A DNA stretch of 64,000 nt from NCBI GenBank assembly GCA_035650735.1, contig DASRGZ010000119.1, positions 1 through 64,000 on the forward strand, in the 5' to 3' direction. The notes beneath the pieces are model-generated. The model ran no database searches. It was not told the origin of the DNA and was given only the letters and a program-made list of their open reading frames with translations. Source of the stretch: Chthonomonadaceae bacterium (GTDB taxonomy: Bacteria > Armatimonadota > Chthonomonadetes > Chthonomonadales > Chthonomonadaceae). Numbering within the stretch: the stretch's first letter is position 1; each line of letters opens with the position of its first letter. Both the position numbers and the translations under genes were made by a program. Positions 9,504 through 18,420 of this stretch are shown piece by piece.

Positions 9504-10730
9504 ATGTGGCAACCGCGTAATTCGTTCCGCCTTAGCATCCTGGTTATCGTAGGGGGCGTGGGCCTGACAGCCCTCCTGCTTTTCTGGAAAACGCGCCCCT
9601 CTCCCGCTGCCGCCGCCTACAACCGTGGCAAGACCCTGGAGGCCGTGCATCTGATCGGGGATGCCCAGGCCACGTATCACCAGGCCATCCAACTAGACCC
9701 GCGTTTCGCGCCGCCGTACCGGGCGTTGGCGGAGCTGGCGGCGGCCAATTCCGATTTCGCCCCCTCCATAGGCTATTGGAAAGCCTACCTGGCGCGCGCG
9801 CCGAAGGCGCAACATGCCTGGTGCCAGCTCGCCTATGCGGAACTCATGGCCGGCCTGGAAGTCCCCGCCCTCCACGATGCGGAACGGGAATTGCAGCAGG
9901 ATCCCAACTGCGGACGGGCTCATCTCATCGCGGGCGTGCTCTATGCGCGCAAGTCGGAACCCCGGCAGGCGCTGGAGCACCTGGCGCCTGCCGCGCAAGC
10001 CTATCCCGATAACCCGCGCGTGCAGCTTGTCTATGGCCGTGTGCTGGCGCTCTCGGGAGAGTATGATCGGGCGGAGCCGGTCTTTCAAGGCATTATTTCC
10101 AAAGATAAGGCCCATGCAGAGCCTTATTACTGGCTCGGCTATATCTATGCGCGGCGCCCTTCCACGCCCCAGAATATCCAGCAGGCCCAGAAGCATTTCC
10201 TGGCCGCGCTTGAGCTGCTGCCCGAGTATCCAGAGGCTAACTTTGAGCTTGGGCATCTGTATTTTGGCCGGGGAAAAGTAAAAGAAGCGCTGCCCTTTGT
10301 CGAAAAGGCGGTTGCCAACCAGAAGCACTATCCGGCGGCCCTCTATCTGCTCGCGCAAACCTATGAGGCCCTGGGGCGAAAGTCGGAGGCCGCACGCACG
10401 CAGGAACGATTCCGCCGCGAAAGCCAGCTTGCCGCACGCGAGAAAGCGTTACTGCGGCTGTATGCCGTTGACCCGAATAATCTGGAAACGGCGCTGGCTC
10501 TGGGACAGCAGGAACTCGCGCTGGAGAAGCCGGAATCGGCCCTGCTGTTCCTGCGGGATGCGGCCCAACGCGCTCCTGCGGATGAACGGATACAGATGGC
10601 GCTCAAGCGCGCCCAGCAGCTCCTGGCTCCGGCGCAGCCTGCGATGCAAGCGGCTGATCCCTCGCAAGCCCCGTCCTCGGCCTCGCTCCCGCGCGAGCTC
10701 ACGACGGCTGGAGGCGCTTCCTCGCCTTAG
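9504..10730 (+). CDS. membrane-anchored TPR protein
   Basis: N-terminal TM and TPR repeats; paralog of 6207-7418. Confidence 0.85.
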   Translation: MWQPRNSFRLSILVIVGGVGLTALLLFWKTRPSPAAAAYNRGKTLEAVHLIGDAQATYHQAIQLDPRFAPPYRALAELAAANSDFAPSIGYWKAYLARAPKAQHAWCQLAYAELMAGLEVPALHDAERELQQDPNCGRAHLIAGVLYARKSEPRQALEHLAPAAQAYPDNPRVQLVYGRVLALSGEYDRAEPVFQGIISKDKAHAEPYYWLGYIYARRPSTPQNIQQAQKHFLAALELLPEYPEANFELGHLYFGRGKVKEALPFVEKAVANQKHYPAALYLLAQTYEALGRKSEAARTQERFRRESQLAAREKALLRLYAVDPNNLETALALGQQELALEKPESALLFLRDAAQRAPADERIQMALKRAQQLLAPAQPAMQAADPSQAPSSASLPRELTTAGGASSP

Positions 10731-10750
10731 AGTGTGTACGGTACTTCTGG

Positions 10751-10897
10751 CAGCCACCCCTCAAGGGGTGGACTGCGGACGGCAAGCCCCGTGAACGGGG
10801 CTCTCCCTTCTGGTAGCCCCGGAAGGGGACGAACCCACCCCTGGCAGCCCGCTTGAGCGGGCTTGTCGTCCACAGCCCGGTCCTTTAGGGCCGGGCA
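10751..10897. repeat. composite four-hairpin REP/REPIN- or IS200/605-end-like element
   Basis: Stems with TCAA, TGAA, TTGA and TTTA loops; outer arms GGACGGCAAGCCC / GGGCTTGTCGTCC. Confidence 0.65.
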
Positions 10898-10943
10898 CAG
10901 CTTCTCTGTTCGTATTTCAGGTGACAAGCTTCAGGATAACTCT

Positions 10944-12644
10944 GTGACAGGGCTAGCACATCCTCGGTATGGGTCGCTCCTATTAATGGGCCTGGCGGTC
11001 GCTCTGCTTTGCGGCTGCCGCAGCACGACGGCGCTTCCTATCGCCGGCCTCTCTCCCTCCGCGACGGCTCCGCCCGTGCTGCGCGATGTCGCCGGGGAAG
11101 TCGGCCTGCATTTTCGTTGGGGGCATGGGGGCAGGTCGCCGCTCACCATTCTGGAGACAGCAGGCGGAGGCGCCGGTTTCTTAGACTATGACGGAGATGG
11201 CCGGCTGGATATTCTGCTGGTAGGCGACCGGGTTGCGCTCTATCATAATGAGGGCAACGGCCATTTTCGCGATGTCAGCGCCCGCTCCGGCCTGACGGCG
11301 CAGGGGCCGCTGATGGGGTGCGCGGTCGGCGACTTCGATAACGATGGCCGCCCGGATATCTTTCTTACCGGTTACGGCATCGCCCGGCTCTACCGCAATC
11401 GGACGGGGCAGCCGTCTGCGTCCGGCATGCTCTTTGAGGACGTGACGGCGCGCGCCGGCGTTGGGGCGCGCGGGCCGCTGGATTGGGCGACGAGCGCCGG
11501 ATTTGCGGACCTCGATGGGGACGGGTTCCTTGACCTCGTCGTCTGCCATTATGTGCAGTTCAGGCCGCAGTCCCGCCCCTATTGCGATTATCCGGTGGCC
11601 CCAGGCGGCGGTAAGGTGCTGGCCGCCTGCCCTCCCTTCTACTATCCGCCCCAGAGGATGACCGTCTACCGTAACCGGGGCAACGGAACGTTCGAGGACG
11701 TTACGGCGCGGTTTCCCCGAGGGCACGGTAATAGCCTGGGATTAGCGTTTGCCGATTACGACGACGACGGGCGCATGGATTTCTATGTCGCCAATGACGG
11801 CCTGCCCGGCGATCTCTACCATAACCAGGGTGGCTGGCGGTTTGAGAATGTGGGGACCGCCAGCACAACGGCTTATAACGAGAACGGCAAGGAACAGGCT
11901 GGAATGGGCGTGGATTGGGCCGATTACGATGGCGATGGTCGCCTGGACCTGATCGTGGCGACCTTCCAGAATGAGCCGCGCAGCCTGTACCATAACGAGG
12001 GGCACGGCCTGTTTTCCTATGCCAGTTATACGGCGGGCGTTGGCGATGCGACCCGCGCGCGCCTGGCGTTTGGCGTCGGCTTCCTGGATTATGATAACGA
12101 CGGCTTCCCGGACCTGCTTCTCGCCAACGGCCACGTACAGGACACCATAGAGAAGATCCACCCGCCCGCGACGTATGCCCAGCCGATGCAGCTTTTTCAT
12201 AATCGCGGGGACGGCACCTTTGCCGAGGCGGCGCGGGAGGGCGGCCCGGCCTTTGCCCGGCCCATCGTCGGGCGCGCTCTCGCCCTGGGCGACTTGGATA
12301 ACGATGGGAAGGTGGATGCCCTGGTCGTGGATCTGGAGGGCGCGCCGCTGCTGTTGCATAACGAGAGCCGGGACGGCAATCACTGGCTTGGCCTCCGCCT
12401 GGTGGACCGGCACGGCAGGCGGGACGCGATTGGGGCGAAGGTGACGCTGGAGACGGCGGCAGGGAAGCGCCTGGCCGAGTCGCAGACCTGCCGCAGCTAC
12501 CTGGCGGCCTGCGACCCGCGTGTGCATTTTGGGCTGGGCGCCGAGCGGTCCGTTCTGCGGCTGATCGTGCGCTGGCCGGATGGCAAAACAACGGTGGTCC
12601 AGAATCCGCCCGTGGATAGATACCTTTCGGTTGAGGAGCGATAG
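10944..12644 (+). CDS. CRTAC1-family (FG-GAP/VCBS repeats + ASPIC/UnbV) probable lipoprotein
   Basis: Repeated DYDGDGxxD motifs, GMGVDWADYD, C-terminal AIGAKV...HFGLG...VRWPDG; LLCGC lipobox-like; start uncertain. Confidence 0.9.
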   Translation: MTGLAHPRYGSLLLMGLAVALLCGCRSTTALPIAGLSPSATAPPVLRDVAGEVGLHFRWGHGGRSPLTILETAGGGAGFLDYDGDGRLDILLVGDRVALYHNEGNGHFRDVSARSGLTAQGPLMGCAVGDFDNDGRPDIFLTGYGIARLYRNRTGQPSASGMLFEDVTARAGVGARGPLDWATSAGFADLDGDGFLDLVVCHYVQFRPQSRPYCDYPVAPGGGKVLAACPPFYYPPQRMTVYRNRGNGTFEDVTARFPRGHGNSLGLAFADYDDDGRMDFYVANDGLPGDLYHNQGGWRFENVGTASTTAYNENGKEQAGMGVDWADYDGDGRLDLIVATFQNEPRSLYHNEGHGLFSYASYTAGVGDATRARLAFGVGFLDYDNDGFPDLLLANGHVQDTIEKIHPPATYAQPMQLFHNRGDGTFAEAAREGGPAFARPIVGRALALGDLDNDGKVDALVVDLEGAPLLLHNESRDGNHWLGLRLVDRHGRRDAIGAKVTLETAAGKRLAESQTCRSYLAACDPRVHFGLGAERSVLRLIVRWPDGKTTVVQNPPVDRYLSVEER

Positions 12645-12728
12645 CCGCGCCTGAAACTGTGGTTTGAGATTGAGCCTTCGAGAGGCAGCCACGCTTTAGC
12701 GGGGCGCTGCCTGAGGAGTAGCCAGACC

Positions 12729-14597
12729 TTGAAATACGCCCTGTGGACAGAGAGAAAGACAGGCAAAGCAATCTGCCGCTTGCGCTGGCGCCGCTGCCTG
12801 CCGGCGCTATCCGCGCTTCCTGCGATCCTATCGCTTGCCGGCTGCACGCCAAAAGTGCGGCAGGAGCTTGGAGCGTCCACGCCCGCTGCCGCCGCTGTGC
12901 GCCCCTCCCGAAAGCCCGGCGCCTTTGTGGATGTAACCGAGAAAGCGGGCATTCGGTTCGCCTATTCCAACGGCGCTGCCGGTAAATATCTGATGGTGGA
13001 GACGACGCCGGGCGGCTGCGCTTTCCTGGACTACAATCAGGATGGGTTCCAGGATATCTTTCTCGTGCAGACCGGGCCGACCCCGGACAGCCCTGCCAAC
13101 ACGCCGCGCCCGCCCTGCCAGCTTTTCAAAAATAACGGGGACGGCACGTTCCGCGATGTCACGCACGAGGCCGGCCTGGATAAGCTAAACCAGGGCTACG
13201 CCCAATGTGTTGCCGTAGGCGACTACGATAACGATGGCTACCCGGATCTCTATATCACGGCCTATGGCGGCAACCATCTGCTGCATAACGAGCTAGGCAA
13301 GAGGGAACAAGAGACAGGGAAAGGGGAAGATGCCCTACACCCTACACCCTACACCCTACACCCTCTCTTCAAGGACGTTACCCGGCAGGCGGGCGTAGGC
13401 GATGCCGATCAGGGCGTCCGCTGGGCGACGAGCGCGGCCTGGGGCGACTATGATCGCGACGGCAAGCTCGACCTGCTCGTGCTGCACTATGCCCCCTGGA
13501 ACCTGGGCATGAACCGAAAGTGCATCAACGGCAAGGGGCACCTGACCTATTGCTCCCCCGAGGTCTATACCGATGACAGGCCCCGTCTGTATCATAACGA
13601 CGGCAACGGCCACTTCACCGATGTGAGCGCGCAGATGGGGCTCAATAAGGTGCATGGGCGCGGCCTCGGGGTCGTCTGGCTCGACTACGATCAGGACGGC
13701 TGGCCGGATCTGTACGTGGCCTGCGACATAACCCCCAACCTGTTGCTGCATAGCCGGCAGGGCAAGCGGTTCGAGGAGGTTGGCCTCTCGGCGGGCGTCG
13801 CTTATGGAACCAATGGCTCCCTGTTTTCGGGCATGGGCATTGCGGCAGGCGATTTCGATAACAAGGGTTGGGAAAGCCTGGTCGTTACCAACTACAGCGG
13901 CCAGCCCAACTCGGTTTACCGCGCGGTCGGCGGGGGACGGTTCGAGGACGCGACGTTCCCCTGCGGCATCGGAGAGGCCAGCCTCAACTTCCTGGCCTGG
14001 GGAGTCGAGGGCCTGGATTATGACAACGACGGCTGGCTGGATCTGGTGGTGGGCAACGGGCACGTAGACCCTTACATCGCCGACGTCGCGCAGAACGTCA
14101 CCTATCCGGAGCGCAAGCTGCTGTTCCGGAATCTCGGGAATGGGATGTTCCGCGATCAGGTAGAGGACCTGGGCGACCTAGCCGAAGAGCGCATCACGCG
14201 CGGCCTGGCCGTGGGCGATTTCGATAACGATGGGCGCGTGGATATTCTGGATAACAGCCATGAGATGCCCGCGCGCCTCTATCGTAACGTAACCAAAGGC
14301 GGCAATTTTGCCACGTTCCGGCTGGAGGGCGTCCAGAGCAACCGCGATGCCGCTGGCGCCCTGGTATGGGTCACGGCAGGAGGGCGGCGTCGGTTGGCGG
14401 AAGTGCGCGATGGCTCCAGCTACGGCTCCACAAGCGACCGCAGGCTGCACTACGGCCTGGGAAACGCCGCCCGCATAGATAAGGTGGAAGTGCGCTGGCC
14501 GAGCGGACGGCGGCAGACGTTTGCGAATCTGGCCCCGAATAAGTTCTACTATCTGCGTGAGGGCGGCTCTCTCCAGCCCGATCCCCAGGTCAAATGA
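12729..14597 (+). CDS. CRTAC1-family (FG-GAP + ASPIC/UnbV) probable lipoprotein
   Basis: DYDNDG repeats, SGMGIAAGDFD, HYGLG...VRWPSG; LAGC lipobox; start uncertain. Confidence 0.9.
   Translation: MKYALWTERKTGKAICRLRWRRCLPALSALPAILSLAGCTPKVRQELGASTPAAAAVRPSRKPGAFVDVTEKAGIRFAYSNGAAGKYLMVETTPGGCAFLDYNQDGFQDIFLVQTGPTPDSPANTPRPPCQLFKNNGDGTFRDVTHEAGLDKLNQGYAQCVAVGDYDNDGYPDLYITAYGGNHLLHNELGKREQETGKGEDALHPTPYTLHPLFKDVTRQAGVGDADQGVRWATSAAWGDYDRDGKLDLLVLHYAPWNLGMNRKCINGKGHLTYCSPEVYTDDRPRLYHNDGNGHFTDVSAQMGLNKVHGRGLGVVWLDYDQDGWPDLYVACDITPNLLLHSRQGKRFEEVGLSAGVAYGTNGSLFSGMGIAAGDFDNKGWESLVVTNYSGQPNSVYRAVGGGRFEDATFPCGIGEASLNFLAWGVEGLDYDNDGWLDLVVGNGHVDPYIADVAQNVTYPERKLLFRNLGNGMFRDQVEDLGDLAEERITRGLAVGDFDNDGRVDILDNSHEMPARLYRNVTKGGNFATFRLEGVQSNRDAAGALVWVTAGGRRRLAEVRDGSSYGSTSDRRLHYGLGNAARIDKVEVRWPSGRRQTFANLAPNKFYYLREGGSLQPDPQVK
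13333..13364 (+). repeat. (CCCTACA)x4 heptamer tandem inside a CDS
   Basis: Read directly; encodes LHPTPYTLHP. Confidence 0.9.
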
Positions 14598-15727
14598 GAG
14601 CGATGGCGCGTCCAGTTCTGGCTGTTGTCGGCCTGGCTGCGGTGGTTTTGCTGGTGTGGCTGTACGGCACGTCGCGCGGGCGGGAGTGGCGTCTGGAGCG
14701 TACCGGCACCGCCGACCTGCTGGCGGAAACGCTCTCGCACCCGGAGGATGCGCTGGCACAGCGCATTCTGGGGCGGCGGCTTCTGGCGGAGGGAAAGGCG
14801 GAGGAGGCGGCATCGGCCTTTGCCAGGGAAGCCGCAGCGCAGCCGGGAGCGATAGATCCGCTGGTGGCGCAGGGCCGCGCGCTCCTACAGGCGGGCCGAC
14901 CCGTGGAGGCCCTAACGCCTCTGGAGGCGGCGCTGCCACAGGCCCCGAAGTCGGCGGAAGCGCTGGCCGCGCTCGGAGAGGTCCACTATGCGCTGGGCAA
15001 CTCCGCGCAGGCGGAGCAGGCGTTCCGGACGGCGATCCAGGCAAGTCCCTCTTCTGCGGCAGCCTATGCAGGGCTTGCCTTTGTGCTTGCGGATAGGTAC
15101 AACTATGAGGCCGCGCGTCAGGCCGCGACAAAAGCCGTGCAGCTTGCGCCCGGTTCCGGCCAGGCGTATCTGGCCCGAGGCTATGTCGAAGATCAAGCCG
15201 GAAACAGCGCCGGGGCCGTGCAGGCTTATACGCGCGCCCTCCAGTTGGAACCGGACGATGGCCGCGCCTGGGAATTGATGGCCGGAGTGCGCACGCGCAT
15301 CGCTCGCCAGCCGCAGGAGTTTGCCCGGGCGGAAGAGGCGCTGGCGCGGGCAGAGCGGCTGCGTCCGCAATCGCCGCTCATCCCCTACTATCGCGGCTTG
15401 CTGCTGTCCAACCAGCATAAATACAGCCAGGCCATTCCCGAATTTCGCCGCGCTCTGGATCGCAGTCCGGAATTGACCGATGCCCTGTATCACCTGAGCG
15501 TCGCGCTCGCCTTTGCCGGGCAGCCCGCCGAGAGCGCCAGGGCACGGGCGCGCTTTGAGCGCCTGCGCAATTACCACCGCGAAATGGAGACTCTTCAGAT
15601 ACTTCTCGGTCGCGACCCGAATAGCGTCGCACTCTGGCGCAAAATGGAGCAGTTGGCTCTGGCTCAGGGGGACGAGGCCCATCTTCGCCTTGCCCGGCAG
15701 AAACTTCAGGCGTTGGCTACGAAATAA
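14594..15727 (+). CDS. membrane-anchored TPR protein
   Basis: ATGA overlap with the upstream CDS; TM plus Ala-rich TPR repeats. Confidence 0.85.
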   Translation: MRAMARPVLAVVGLAAVVLLVWLYGTSRGREWRLERTGTADLLAETLSHPEDALAQRILGRRLLAEGKAEEAASAFAREAAAQPGAIDPLVAQGRALLQAGRPVEALTPLEAALPQAPKSAEALAALGEVHYALGNSAQAEQAFRTAIQASPSSAAAYAGLAFVLADRYNYEAARQAATKAVQLAPGSGQAYLARGYVEDQAGNSAGAVQAYTRALQLEPDDGRAWELMAGVRTRIARQPQEFARAEEALARAERLRPQSPLIPYYRGLLLSNQHKYSQAIPEFRRALDRSPELTDALYHLSVALAFAGQPAESARARARFERLRNYHREMETLQILLGRDPNSVALWRKMEQLALAQGDEAHLRLARQKLQALATK

Positions 15728-15742
15728 CCGCTAATGAGGTCT

Positions 15743-15990
15743 GGCCCCACCCCTTTCTCCCCTCCCCTGTTCTTGGGGGAGGGGAGAATCTCTCACTCCT
15801 AGGTTCTTCGGTTCTCTTTTATCTCCCCTCCTCCCCGGCCCTTCTCCCTGCAAGGCAGAAGGGGAGCAGAAGCCAACTCTGTCTCTCCCCTCCCCTGTTC
15901 TTGGGGGAGGGGATGGGGGTGGGGGCCTCTCCCCTCTCCCGCAGCGTGGGAGAGGGGACAGGGGGTGCGGGCTATAGGGACGGGGATTAG
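15743..15990. repeat. REP-like hairpin cluster (uninterrupted host copies)
   Basis: CCCCTCCCCTGTTCTTGGGGGAGGGG twice; CCCCTCTCCCGCAGCGTGGGAGAGGGG. Confidence 0.8.
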
Positions 15991-16005
15991 GTGCGGCCTG
16001 CGGCT

Positions 16006-17184
16006 TTACGGTAGGAGGGCAGCGGCGCTCTCGCTGTTGCCCTCGCGATGCACGCGAATGAAGTGATCCGCGACCCGCCGTGGCGAGCCGGGGAAGACCG
16101 GCTCACTGCGCTTGGGCATGTGGCATCCTACACAGTGGCGGGTAGGGTTCACCGGGCAGACTTTGGCGTTCACCAGGCGTGCCGACTTGCCGCTCTCCGG
16201 CGCAGAGTGGCACCGCAAGCACGCCGCCGTATATTTGTTTTCGTCTGTAGCGACATCGGTATGCGGATCGTGGCAGGTCAGGCAGGTAAGCCGATCCTGG
16301 CTCTCCCGGAAACACCGGCTCTGCTCCAGGCCGTAAGCCTGGAAAAGATCCGTATGCTCCAGCGAGAGGTTCTTGTCCAGCACCTCCCGCTCGGTGCGAT
16401 GACAGCGTCCGCAGAGCTCGTTAATACGTTTACCGCCCCAGGCGCCGAGCCTCTCCATAGACACGTGGGCCGTATCCCCGGCGCGCATAGCCGCAATGTG
16501 CGCTCCCCCCGGCCCGTGGCAGGCCTCGCAACCCACCCCCATGAACTTTTGTTCCGGCATCAGGCCGTGTTCGGGCAGGGTCACGGTGTGACACCCCAGG
16601 CACTGCCGGGCGTGCTCTCCCTGGGTGATATTGCCCAGAGAGCGAGGGGGCAGATCCTGCTGGCCCGGCGTAATGAACCACTTCCTCTGGGGCGGGAAGT
16701 AGCTGATGCGCACCTCGGCCAGAACATCCTCCGTCAGGACGGCTGCAAACGCCATACCGCTCTTTCCAGAGCCGAAGGCAAGCTGGATGGGGTTGGCCTG
16801 CTCACCCACGCGCCCAAAGCGGAACCCGTCCCCCTGCGCTGTCATAACATAATCGGTATTCGGGATATGCCCTGTCGGAGGGGCCTGCCCGCCCAGGCTC
16901 CTGCGATCCATGGGGCGTAACGCGAGGGCGTGGTGGCTGTGAAGGTGGGCCTGGAACTCCGCAGGATGGCACTGCGCGCACGCGGCGTTTCCCACGAATT
17001 GGGCCGGGATAATGGCTTGTTGGGCAATGCGCTTCGGCTGCTGTTCAGGCCTCTGGCCGCAAGCGGCTAAGAACAGAATGACCGCTGGAGTGACCAGGAA
17101 GGCGAGGAGGATCCCCTGACGCTTAAGGGCGCCGAAGTTGCCTTTAGGGGTTCCTTGATCCGTGCCAGGATACTTGATTTCCAT
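16006..17184 (-). CDS. multiheme c-type cytochrome (7 CxxCH), probable lipoprotein
   Basis: CAQCH, CLGCH, CEACH, CGRCH, CLTCH, CLRCH, CVGCH; GVGCEACHGPG (c554-like); LAAC lipobox-like. Confidence 0.9.
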   Translation of the reverse strand: MEIKYPGTDQGTPKGNFGALKRQGILLAFLVTPAVILFLAACGQRPEQQPKRIAQQAIIPAQFVGNAACAQCHPAEFQAHLHSHHALALRPMDRRSLGGQAPPTGHIPNTDYVMTAQGDGFRFGRVGEQANPIQLAFGSGKSGMAFAAVLTEDVLAEVRISYFPPQRKWFITPGQQDLPPRSLGNITQGEHARQCLGCHTVTLPEHGLMPEQKFMGVGCEACHGPGGAHIAAMRAGDTAHVSMERLGAWGGKRINELCGRCHRTEREVLDKNLSLEHTDLFQAYGLEQSRCFRESQDRLTCLTCHDPHTDVATDENKYTAACLRCHSAPESGKSARLVNAKVCPVNPTRHCVGCHMPKRSEPVFPGSPRRVADHFIRVHREGNSESAAALLP

Positions 17185-17232
17185 ACAGAGGCTCGCTTCT
17201 CCGGTTAGATTGGGAAGAAGATGACGGCCCGT

Positions 17233-18093
17233 TCAGCACGAGACGCCGCGCCCTTCCCCTCCAAAGACGGCCAGGCGTTCTTCCTCGGTGGCAGCGACGA
17301 CGCTGGCCGGTCTATAATGGAACTGCAAGGCGCGTCGCCGCAATGCGGAGTGGTTATGCGGCGTGCCGTGGGGCAGCAGTCCATCGAAGAACAGACAGCC
17401 TCCCGGCTTGAGCGGCACGGCCACGCTGCGCTTGCCTAGCATCTCGGAGTCGCATATCTGCCAGTCGCGCCGTTGGAAGTGGGGGAGAGGGCCGTTGCGG
17501 TGTCCACCGGCCAGCACATGCATACAGCCGTTCTCCAGGGTGGCCTCATCCAGCGCGATCCAGACCCCAATAATTCTGGTGCCCAGCGGTAGGTCGAAGT
17601 AGGCATGATCCTGATGCCAGGGCTTCTCCCGGCCCAGCCTGGGCGGCTTGATCAGGGCCATATCCTGAAAGCGTTCCGGCTTCTCGCCTATCAGGCGCGC
17701 GATGACCGCCACCAACTGCGGATGCTCGGCAATCGCTTTGAGGCGATCATCAAAGCGGGTAAAATCCATCAGCTTGCGGATGGCATTCTGCCGATCCTCC
17801 CCGGTGAGAGCGGGCAGTTGTTCGCGGCCCAGAGGCTCGATATCGAAATTATCAAACGCCGGGTTTCGGCCTGCAATCAGATCCAGGAGACCCTGGCGCG
17901 CGGCCTCGACTTCTGCCTGGGTGAAGGCGCCATCCACGACGAGATACCCCTGTTCCTGATACCAGGCGATATGTTCCTCACCGACTGCCCCAAAGCCCTC
18001 TACGCCTTCGGCAATCGCCCCGTGGGTATAGAGCTCCGGTGCGTGCATCGCAAAGCCCTCTTCAGGAAGAGGGGACGTCTCTCGCTTCGCCAT
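17233..18093 (-). CDS. phytanoyl-CoA dioxygenase (PhyH) family Fe(II)/2-OG oxygenase
   Basis: PWHQD, WIALD...NGCM, LPHG...N...RRA; AGGAGG RBS at 18093 (the longer ORF runs into repeats). Confidence 0.9.
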   Translation of the reverse strand: MAKRETSPLPEEGFAMHAPELYTHGAIAEGVEGFGAVGEEHIAWYQEQGYLVVDGAFTQAEVEAARQGLLDLIAGRNPAFDNFDIEPLGREQLPALTGEDRQNAIRKLMDFTRFDDRLKAIAEHPQLVAVIARLIGEKPERFQDMALIKPPRLGREKPWHQDHAYFDLPLGTRIIGVWIALDEATLENGCMHVLAGGHRNGPLPHFQRRDWQICDSEMLGKRSVAVPLKPGGCLFFDGLLPHGTPHNHSALRRRALQFHYRPASVVAATEEERLAVFGGEGRGVSC

Positions 18094-18109
18094 AAATAGC
18101 CTCCTTTCT

Positions 18110-18342
18110 AGCCCCCACCCCTTCCTCCCCTCCCCCAAGAACAGGGGAGGGGAGACTTGGCTTCCCAGTTCCCCCTCTCCCGCAGCGTGGATCGCAAGGC
18201 GGAGGGCTGTCGCAAGGCAGAGCCGTGTCGCGAGGCGGAGGCAGGGGCCGTAACCCTGCCGACCCTTGCAGTCCGTTGAGCGGCGTCCCTTGCAGTCCGT
18301 TGAGCCCCGACCCTTGCAGTAGGGGGACAGGGGGTGAGGGCC
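18110..18342. repeat. REP-like cluster with a triply nested ~47-nt element (18190-18321)
   Basis: Minus strand shows three ACTGCAAGGG left arms followed by three GCCTYGCGA right arms. Confidence 0.8.
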
Positions 18343-18420
18343 GCATAACCTTCTTGTTACCCTTGGGAACGGCGGCACAGGGGCCACTACTGCCAGGGTG
18401 AGGGCCGCATAACCTTCTTG

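Noticed and set aside
18094..18387. N-terminal extension of PhyH and small ORFs at 9049-9478
   Set aside because: They translate repeat DNA; the real RBS and start are at 18093
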